Of a stretch of DNA of 64,000 nucleotides, positions 57,160-64,000 are shown piece after piece (position 1 is the first letter of the stretch; each line of letters opens with the position of its first letter). A program made the translations under genes and the position numbers. Where the stretch lies: the NCBI GenBank assembly GCA_036574205.1, contig JAINCQ010000034.1, positions 7,352-71,351 of the forward strand, written 5' to 3'. The notes beneath the pieces were generated by a model. It saw only the letters and a program-made list of their open reading frames with translations, searched no databases and was not told the origin of the DNA. The stretch is from Elusimicrobiota bacterium (GTDB lineage Bacteria; Elusimicrobiota; Elusimicrobia; Elusimicrobiales; UBA9959).

Positions 57160-58467
57160 ATGGAAGAAAGAAACATAAAAAATGGTGATATAGATAACCA
57201 TAATCTTACAAGGTTAGATATGAATACCCTATCAAAGATGACTGTAAGCGAGTTGATGAAGATAGCTGAACAATATAAGATAGAAGATTTAAGCGGTTTA
57301 AAAAAACAGGATATAATAGGAAAAATTATGGAATTTCAAGCAAAAGAAAGTGGACTTGTCAGGGGTTCTGGAGTTCTTGATATACATAACGAGGGATATG
57401 GTTTTCTGAGGTCAAAAGAATATAATTATGTAACAAGCCATGATGATATATATGTTTCTCCATCTCAAATCAAAAAATTGGGGTTAAGGAAGGGAGACGA
57501 GATATATGGTATTATGAGACCACCGAAAGAAGGTGAAAAATACTTTGCACTTTTGCAGGTAGAGAATATAAATGGTATCCCTCTTGAAAAAGTTAGAACA
57601 AGACATTTCTTTGATAATCTTACACCTTTACATCCAAACAAAAGATTTATCCTTGAAACAAATAAAAACGAGTTGACAACGAGGGTTATAGATCTTATAT
57701 GCCCTATAGGAAAAGGGCAAAGAGCTTTAATAGTTTCTCCTCCAAAGGCTGGCAAAACCATGATACTTCAAAAAATAGCTAATGCCCTTACAACAAATCA
57801 TCCAGAGATAGAACTAATTGTGCTTTTAATAGACGAAAGACCCGAAGAGGTTACTGATATGAAAAGATCGGTTAAGGGCGATGTGATAGCTTCTACCTTC
57901 GATGAGCCAGCTGATAGACACGTTCAGGTTGCCGAGATGGTGCTTGAGAGAGCAAAGAGGCTTGTTGAAATTAAGAAAGATGTTGTAATTCTTCTGGATT
58001 CAATAACAAGGCTGGCAAGAGGCTATAATACTATAACTCCATCAAGTGGAAGGGTGCTTTCCGGAGGACTTGAATCTACCTCATTACAAAGACCAAAGCG
58101 ATTTTTTGGCGCTGCAAGAAATATAGAAGAGGGTGGTTCGTTGACTATAATAGCTACTGCTCTGGTAGAGACTGGTAGCAGGATGGATGATGTAATATTT
58201 GAAGAATTTAAGGGAACAGGAAACTCTGAAATATATCTTGATAGAAAGCTTTCTGACAGAAGAATATTTCCAGCTCTTGATATAAACAAGACATCCACTA
58301 GAAAAGAAGAGTTATTATTAAACGAAGATGAACTTAATAAGGTGTGGATTTTAAGAAAAGTCCTTGCGCCGCTTTCTTCTGTTGACGCTATGGAGCTTTT
58401 GCTAAATAAACTTAGCGCAACAAAATCAAATAAAGATTTTCTAAAATCAATGGAAGGCGGGGCATAA
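57160..58467 (+). CDS. rho: Transcription termination factor Rho
   Basis: 435 aa. N-terminal helical domain ([19 protein letters not shown]), RNA-binding GYGFLRS, Walker [18 protein letters not shown], and the R-loop region. Confidence 0.95.
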   Translation: MEERNIKNGDIDNHNLTRLDMNTLSKMTVSELMKIAEQYKIEDLSGLKKQDIIGKIMEFQAKESGLVRGSGVLDIHNEGYGFLRSKEYNYVTSHDDIYVSPSQIKKLGLRKGDEIYGIMRPPKEGEKYFALLQVENINGIPLEKVRTRHFFDNLTPLHPNKRFILETNKNELTTRVIDLICPIGKGQRALIVSPPKAGKTMILQKIANALTTNHPEIELIVLLIDERPEEVTDMKRSVKGDVIASTFDEPADRHVQVAEMVLERAKRLVEIKKDVVILLDSITRLARGYNTITPSSGRVLSGGLESTSLQRPKRFFGAARNIEEGGSLTIIATALVETGSRMDDVIFEEFKGTGNSEIYLDRKLSDRRIFPALDINKTSTRKEELLLNEDELNKVWILRKVLAPLSSVDAMELLLNKLSATKSNKDFLKSMEGGA

Positions 58468-58545
58468 ATTTTTACTGGAAGGGGAATAGCACAGAGTTTA
58501 AAAATTTATCAAAAGGGAAGGTAAAAAGATTAATTAAGCCTTGAT

Positions 58546-59019
58546 TTAATCCAGGAAATCGCGTGCACAGTTTGCATCAGTACAGCCAAAATTATTAGCC
58601 CTGCTATCGTAAAAATATATGTAATTTGGTGAATATGCTTGAGGAGGTCTGGTTTTATCATTAGATTTTCTTTGGGCTAAAATCATATATTTATCATGTT
58701 CAATCAGTTGTATCTGAAGAACGAAGTATTTCAACTCACAGATTTTTCCATCACAATTTTTTCCATTTATATCCTTTATCTCAAAGTCAAAATCTCTGAA
58801 GTTATCGGTATATACTGATTTTTTTAGAATTACCCGTTCCTGTCCTTTTTTTATTTCCATCATATTTGTTGTGGCTTCCACAACTCTGAATCTTTCTATT
58901 ATTTTAAAATACATTGGCGCTGATATTGATGCAAGGGTTGATATTATCAAAATGACTATTAAAAGTTCTATTAGCGTAAAAGCGTTTCTACAAATCTGGT
59001 CTATATAATTTTTCCCCAT
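58546..59019 (-). CDS. Type IV pilin-like protein (prepilin-type N-terminal cleavage/methylation domain)
   Basis: 157 aa. A 13-aa leader, then FTLIELLIVILIISTLASISAPMY. The C-terminal Cys pair (GCTDANCARD) resembles a pilin disulfide loop. Confidence 0.8.
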   Translation of the reverse strand: MGKNYIDQICRNAFTLIELLIVILIISTLASISAPMYFKIIERFRVVEATTNMMEIKKGQERVILKKSVYTDNFRDFDFEIKDINGKNCDGKICELKYFVLQIQLIEHDKYMILAQRKSNDKTRPPQAYSPNYIYFYDSRANNFGCTDANCARDFLD

Positions 59020-59055
59020 ATTTATTAGAAGGCAATATTCCTTTATAATCCCATA

Positions 59056-59127
59056 TGCGCCCGGCGCGATTCGAACGCGCGGCCACCCGCTTAAAAGGCG
59101 GATGCTCTACCACTGAGCTACGGGCGC
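59056..59127 (-). tRNA. tRNA-Lys (anticodon TTT)
   Basis: Hand fold of the reverse complement. Acceptor GCGCCCG/CGGGCGC; D arm GCTC-AGTGGTA-GAGC; anticodon arm TCCGC-CTTTTAA-GCGGG (TTT); T arm GCGCG-TTCGAAT-CGCGC; discriminator A. No encoded CCA. Confidence 0.9.
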
Positions 59128-59233
59128 GCCTTAAAATCAAATTATACAATTTTTTATTTTAACTTCAAAACCAGAGTTGTGAAATTACAAGTTTTTTGGC
59201 GATATCTTAAAAAAATACTATAATTTTCTTATT

Positions 59234-59869
59234 ATGCAATGGTTACTTCAATTGCCAGCACTTTTTTTTTCTATTATAATTCATGAGTTTGCCCATGGAT
59301 ATATTGCATATAAAAAAGGTGATGATACAGCATATCTTAGCGGAAGACTTACTTTAAATCCAGTTTCACATATAGATGTAATCGGAACTATTATGCTTCC
59401 AGCCATAGCTCTTTTAACTAAAGCTCCATTAATAGGATGGGCAAAGCCAGTACCTGTAAATCCTTTCAGGCTAAATAATCCTTATCGCGATATGGTTTAT
59501 GTTGCTTTTGCAGGCCCATTATCAAATATATTGCTTTCAATAATTTCAGTTGGTTTGCTTAATTTTTTATTTTTTTTGGGTGCTCATAAAATTATTTTTT
59601 TCTTTCCTATTATTTATATTTTGCAATATCTAATTTATATAAATCTTATGCTTGCTTTTTTTAATCTGCTTCCAATATATCCACTTGATGGTGGTCAGAT
59701 ACTTATGAATCTTTTACCTTTTAAATACAGAGAGAAATATGAAAGAATAATACCTTATGGGATGTATATAGTTCTTTTTTTTATAATGACTGGATTAATA
59801 AAACTATGGATATTGATTCCAACCAATTTATTTATAAGATTGTTTAATTCTATTGGATTGGTGGTGTAA
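59234..59869 (+). CDS. Site-2 protease family (M50) membrane metalloprotease
   Basis: 211 aa polytopic protein. HEFAHG (HExxH) and the second ligand motif FNLLPIYPLDGG. Confidence 0.8.
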   Translation: MQWLLQLPALFFSIIIHEFAHGYIAYKKGDDTAYLSGRLTLNPVSHIDVIGTIMLPAIALLTKAPLIGWAKPVPVNPFRLNNPYRDMVYVAFAGPLSNILLSIISVGLLNFLFFLGAHKIIFFFPIIYILQYLIYINLMLAFFNLLPIYPLDGGQILMNLLPFKYREKYERIIPYGMYIVLFFIMTGLIKLWILIPTNLFIRLFNSIGLVV

Positions 59870-59870
59870 T

Positions 59871-60959
59871 ATGGAAAATAAGGTTGTCGTCTCTGGTATG
59901 AGACCTACGGGAAAATTACATCTTGGTAATTATTGGGGGGCGATTTACAATTTTATTAAACTTCAAGATAAATATAAATGTTATTTTTTTATAGCGGATC
60001 TTCATTCTCTTACCACTTCTTCTGATAATATAGATGATATATCTAATAATTCTTTGCTTATGGTTATTGATTGGCTCGTTTGCGGAATAGATCCCAAAAA
60101 ATGCGTTATATTCAGACAGTCCGCTGTGAAACAGCATTGCGAGCTTCATCTTATATTATCTATGATTACTCCTATTTCCTGGACGCTTAGAAATCCGACT
60201 TTTAAGGAACAGCTTGTAGAGCTTTACCTTAAAAGATATAAAGGGCAGGAGGATAAAGCAAAAAAAGCGGATGGGCATCTTGAAAAAATTGCTAATCTTT
60301 TTGAAATGAATGAGGATGAATCAAAAGCTCTTAATTCAGAGCTGGCAAATTATGGCTTTCTTGGATATCCTATTTTGCAAAGCGCTGATATCCTGCTTTA
60401 TGATGCTGATTATGTGCCTGTTGGAAAAGACCAGCTTCCTCATATAGAAATGACAAGAGAAATAGCGAGAAGATTTAATTCTATATTTAAAACAAACATA
60501 TTAAAAGAGCCAAAACCACTATTGACAGATTTTCCGCTTTTACCCGGCATAGACGGCAAAAAAATGTCAAAGTCATATGGAAATACTATTGAGATAGGGG
60601 AGAATGACAAATTGCTTGAAAAGAAAATAATGCAGATGTTTACTGACCCAAATAAAAAAAGAGTTGATGACAGGGGAAATCCAGATGGTTGTGTGGTTTT
60701 TTCATTTCATAAAATATATAATCCTGATTTTAGAATAAGGGAATATGAGTGCAGAGAAGGAAGGATAGGGTGTGTTAAATGTAAAAAGCATCTATTTGAA
60801 ATTTTAAATCCAATTATGAGTGAGTTATCAAAGAAAAGAGAATATTATCTTAACAATAAACAACTTGTCATTGATCTAATAGAGGAAGGTAACAGGAAGG
60901 CTAGAGAGATTGCATCAAAAAAAATTGATGAAGTATTTAAGGAGATAAAATTAAGATGA
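59871..60959 (+). CDS. trpS: Tryptophan--tRNA ligase
   Basis: The track ORF 59853 starts at TTG; the first ATG is at 59871 (MENKVVVSGMRPTGKLHLGNY). HIGH-type motif HLGN, GKDQLPHIE, and KMSKS. Confidence 0.92.
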   Translation: MENKVVVSGMRPTGKLHLGNYWGAIYNFIKLQDKYKCYFFIADLHSLTTSSDNIDDISNNSLLMVIDWLVCGIDPKKCVIFRQSAVKQHCELHLILSMITPISWTLRNPTFKEQLVELYLKRYKGQEDKAKKADGHLEKIANLFEMNEDESKALNSELANYGFLGYPILQSADILLYDADYVPVGKDQLPHIEMTREIARRFNSIFKTNILKEPKPLLTDFPLLPGIDGKKMSKSYGNTIEIGENDKLLEKKIMQMFTDPNKKRVDDRGNPDGCVVFSFHKIYNPDFRIREYECREGRIGCVKCKKHLFEILNPIMSELSKKREYYLNNKQLVIDLIEEGNRKAREIASKKIDEVFKEIKLR

Positions 60960-61660
60960 CTCTTATGGATATACATCTTGAAGTATTTGAAGGCCCGCTT
61001 GATTTACTGATATATTTGATTAAAAAAAACAATCTTGATATATATGATATTCCAATAGCCAAAATAACACAAGAATATCTTGATTATATCAATTTAATGG
61101 AAGAACTTAACCTCGATCTTGCAGGAGAGTTTCTTGTTATGGCATCTACATTGATGCAGATAAAAATAAAAATGCTCCTTCCTAAAAAAGAAGATGAACA
61201 AGAGGAACAGAAAGATCCCAGAGCTGAACTTGTAAGTATGCTTGAAGAATACCAGAAATACAAAGCTGCTTCTAAAATGCTTGCTGAAAGATTTAATAAA
61301 TATAGAGATGTATTTTATCGCGGTTCTCCAGTATTTTCTGCTGCTGACAAACATCTTGATGTAGAGATGATATATTTAATAGAAGCTGTTAAGAGAGCTT
61401 TTGGGAAAATTGAAGATAAAGCCGAAATAGAGGTTGAGGATGTCCCTATAGAAACAAGGATAGAGAAAATAATGAATATGATAAAAGAGAAGGAATGGAT
61501 GCTCCTTGATGATGTTTTTAAAGATGAAACAAAAAAAAGAGCAATAATAACATGCTTTTTAGCGCTTCTTGAACTCATAAGACTTAACAAAATAACTGTT
61601 TTGCAGGATGAAAATTTTGGCGAGGTAAGAATTTATCTTGTTGGTAAAAATAATGTGTGA
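60956..61660 (+). CDS. scpA: Segregation and condensation protein A
   Basis: 234 aa. FEGPLDLLIYLIKKNNLDIYDIPIAKITQEYL is the canonical ScpA N-terminus. Confidence 0.88.
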   Translation: MTLMDIHLEVFEGPLDLLIYLIKKNNLDIYDIPIAKITQEYLDYINLMEELNLDLAGEFLVMASTLMQIKIKMLLPKKEDEQEEQKDPRAELVSMLEEYQKYKAASKMLAERFNKYRDVFYRGSPVFSAADKHLDVEMIYLIEAVKRAFGKIEDKAEIEVEDVPIETRIEKIMNMIKEKEWMLLDDVFKDETKKRAIITCFLALLELIRLNKITVLQDENFGEVRIYLVGKNNV

Positions 61661-61675
61661 ATTTAAGGAGTTTTT

Positions 61676-62314
61676 ATGGATGATGTGGAATTAAAGAAAA
61701 TTGTTGAGACTCTTTTATTTATAACTGATGAACCGCTTTCGGTAGATACCATAGCAAAGATATGTGATGTAAAAGATGTTAAATATATTTCTGAAATACT
61801 TGAAGAACTTAAACATAGCTATGATATGGAGAAAAGAGCTATTGCAATAATGCAGGTGGCAGGAGGATGGCAGATGTCAACAAGACCGGAGTATGGTATC
61901 TGGATAAGAAAACTTTATCAAAATAGACTGACTTTAAGACTTTCCAATGCGGCGCTTGAAGTGCTTGCGATAGTAGCATTTAGACAGCCAATAACTAAAG
62001 CTGAGATAGAGGCAATAAGGGGTGTTGATTCATCTGGCCCTATTGATACTCTGGTTGAAAGAATGCTTATAACAAATGTTGGAAGAAAGGAAACGATAGG
62101 AAGACCAATAATGTATGGCACAACTGAAGAATTTCTAAAACAATTTGGATTAAATAGTATAAAAGATCTTCCATCTTTAGAAAGTATTGTCCCATCTGAA
62201 GCTATAAAAATAATTGAAGAGAGAATAAATACTTCGTCATCTAAGATTACTAAAAACCCTGAAGCAAATTCAGATTCAAATTCCGAAAATAACTTGCAAA
62301 ATAATTCGAATTGA
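61676..62314 (+). CDS. scpB: Segregation and condensation protein B
   Basis: 212 aa. IVETLLFITDEPLS, LEVLAIVAFRQPITKAEIEAIRGV, and GRPIMYGTTEEFLKQFGL. Confidence 0.88.
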   Translation: MDDVELKKIVETLLFITDEPLSVDTIAKICDVKDVKYISEILEELKHSYDMEKRAIAIMQVAGGWQMSTRPEYGIWIRKLYQNRLTLRLSNAALEVLAIVAFRQPITKAEIEAIRGVDSSGPIDTLVERMLITNVGRKETIGRPIMYGTTEEFLKQFGLNSIKDLPSLESIVPSEAIKIIEERINTSSSKITKNPEANSDSNSENNLQNNSN

Positions 62315-63279
62315 ATATGAAGCCACATTTAAGAAAGGATTTGTTGAGTTCAAACTGGGTTATAATAAGCGATGAAAGAGCTTTTCGCCCCAATGATTAC
62401 AGACAGAAAGTTCAGTGTCCTTTTTGCCCAGGCAATGAAAATAAAACTCCATTACCAATCCTTAGTCTGAAAAAATTTGGTAAATGGTATATTAGAGTTG
62501 TCCCAAATAAGTATCCCGCTCTTATTTATGATAATAAAGTTATTTTAGAAAACGAAGGTTTAAATAAAAAATATTATTTAAATGGAGTTCATGAGGTTGT
62601 TATAGAATGTAGAGAGCACAATAAGAAAATATATGAGATTGACCATTTTGAAGAGGTCCTTTCAGTTTTTGCCCAAAGGATGAGAATTATATCTGCGATG
62701 AAGTGGATAAAATATGTTATGCTGTTTAGGAATTATGGTGTTAACGCTGGCGCAAGTCTTAAACATCCTCATTCTCAAATTATAGGTATTCCACTATTGC
62801 CATCTAAGGTTGAGGATGAGGTAAATCATTTCCTTAATTATAAAAAAAAGCATAATAGATGCGTTATGTGTGATATTATAAAGGATGAAATGAAATATGG
62901 TAGGCGGTTAATATATGCCGGAAAAAATTTTGTGGCTTTTGCTCCTTTTGCTTCAAGATTTAACTTTGAAGTATGGATTGCTCCGATAACTCATAGATCT
63001 CATTTTTATCTTGAAAATAATTTTCAGGATTTGAAAACAGTTTTATTTGCAGTTTTTTTAAAACTTCATAAATCAATATCTGATCTTTCATATAATATGA
63101 TACTCCATAGCGCTCCCTGTAATAAAAAAGAAAGGATTTTTCACTGGCATATAGAAATACTTCCAAAACTTGCTATGCCGGCGGGTTTTGAATGGGGAAG
63201 CGGTTTTTATATAAATACTATCTCGCCAGAAAAAGTGGCTGAGATTTTAAATTCTGGTAAAGTATTTAAGGATCATTGA
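62311..63279 (+). CDS. GalT-family (HIT superfamily) hexose-1-phosphate nucleotidyltransferase-like protein
   Basis: 322 aa. Zn-site CPFCPGNE, VVPNKYPAL, and the active-site HPHSQI (H-x-H-x-Q). Confidence 0.8.
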   Translation: MNMKPHLRKDLLSSNWVIISDERAFRPNDYRQKVQCPFCPGNENKTPLPILSLKKFGKWYIRVVPNKYPALIYDNKVILENEGLNKKYYLNGVHEVVIECREHNKKIYEIDHFEEVLSVFAQRMRIISAMKWIKYVMLFRNYGVNAGASLKHPHSQIIGIPLLPSKVEDEVNHFLNYKKKHNRCVMCDIIKDEMKYGRRLIYAGKNFVAFAPFASRFNFEVWIAPITHRSHFYLENNFQDLKTVLFAVFLKLHKSISDLSYNMILHSAPCNKKERIFHWHIEILPKLAMPAGFEWGSGFYINTISPEKVAEILNSGKVFKDH

Positions 63280-63314
63280 TATGATTTTATCATTTTTGGT
63301 TTAAGGAGGAGATA

Positions 63315-64000
63315 ATGAAAATAACAATGTGCGCAAGCGAGGCTTTTCCATTTTGTAAAACAGGTGGTCTTGGAGATGTTGTTGGCGCTTTGTCTAATTT
63401 TTTGTCAAGAAGCGAAAAGGTCTCAGATCTTATTCTTTTTATTCCGAAATATAGGGATGTTGGAAAAACGGCATTTTCTCCTAAAAAAATTTCAGGTGGA
63501 TTTTTAGTCCCGGTTGCAGATAGAATAGAAACTGCAAGTTTATATCTTGTTGAATGGGGAAAAGTTAAGGTTTATTTGGTAGATAATCTGAGATATTTTG
63601 ACAGACCCGGGCTTTACAGAAGTGAGTCTGGAGAATTTTTAGACAATGATGAAAGATTTATATTTTTTCAAAGAGCAGTTCTTGAGGGATGCAAGTTTAT
63701 AGATTTTAAGCCTGATATATTGTTCTGTCATGATTGGCAGTGCGGACTGATACCTGCTTATCTTAAAACATTATATAGTATAGATGCTTTTTTTGCAAAA
63801 ACAAGAACTGTTTTTACTATTCATAATATAGCCTATCAGGGGTTATTTCCAAAAGAAAGTTTTATAAAAGCAGGATTTTCATGGTTTGATTTTACCCCTG
63901 ATAAACTAGAGTATTATGGCGGTATAAATTTTATGAAGGCTGGCATAAACTATGCTGATGTTATTACTACTGTAAGCCCAAGTTATGCTATTGAGATAAC
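63315..64000 (+). CDS. glgA: Glycogen synthase GlgA (3' end runs off the window)
   Basis: Not in the ORF track because there is no stop inside the window. Hand translation from the ATG at 63315 (RBS AGGAGG) gives MKITMCASEAFPFCKTGGLGDVVGAL...CHDWQCGLIPAYL...TIHNIAYQG...INFMKAG...TVSPSYAIEI, open to nt 64000. Confidence 0.9.
   Translation, partial: MKITMCASEAFPFCKTGGLGDVVGALSNFLSRSEKVSDLILFIPKYRDVGKTAFSPKKISGGFLVPVADRIETASLYLVEWGKVKVYLVDNLRYFDRPGLYRSESGEFLDNDERFIFFQRAVLEGCKFIDFKPDILFCHDWQCGLIPAYLKTLYSIDAFFAKTRTVFTIHNIAYQGLFPKESFIKAGFSWFDFTPDKLEYYGGINFMKAGINYADVITTVSPSYAIEI

Overview
AT-rich (about one-third G+C by eye, not computed), gene-dense bacterial chromosomal segment. It is probably from a diderm: it has outer-membrane beta-barrel-like proteins, the LPS heptose epimerase hldD and type IV pilus genes. 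I cannot assign taxonomy from sequence alone.

Ordinary content, in order:
- mfd, running off the 5' edge of the window.
- A complete F-type ATP synthase operon (atpZ-like, atpB-E-F-H-A, then hldD inserted, then atpG-D-C).
- A 4-gene translationally coupled envelope operon.
- tRNA-Asp.
- A minus-strand operon: PIN/TRAM protein, ispD, ispF, lipoprotein, cysS, PAS-like ORF, nif3.
- dnaX-recR-comEC-nadK-recN-gltX.
- A GYF-domain protein followed by pilB-pilT-pilC.
- An xdhC-like gene, trxA, polA-coaE-rho, a pilin-like gene, tRNA-Lys, an M50 protease, trpS-scpA-scpB, a galT-like gene, and glgA running off the 3' edge.

Two regions stand out.

(1) 14.8-20.4 kb is a decayed accessory island at tRNA-Asp. 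It has three copies of the tRNA 3' end embedded in a G+C-rich, hairpin-dense tandem module. It also carries a RusA-like gene, a triply damaged RhuM/Doc-type pseudogene and an IS30-family transposase stub. A zupT plus secreted phospholipase-D pair is bracketed by ~100-nt direct repeats.

(2) 26.2-36.4 kb is a six-gene cluster of diverged paralogues. They encode membrane-anchored, Ser/Gly/Ala-rich low-complexity proteins that I cannot place in any known family, and the cluster encodes no enzymes or ATPases. This is my best candidate for an undescribed envelope or surface system.

All calls rest on reading the translations and the DNA by eye. No database search was possible.
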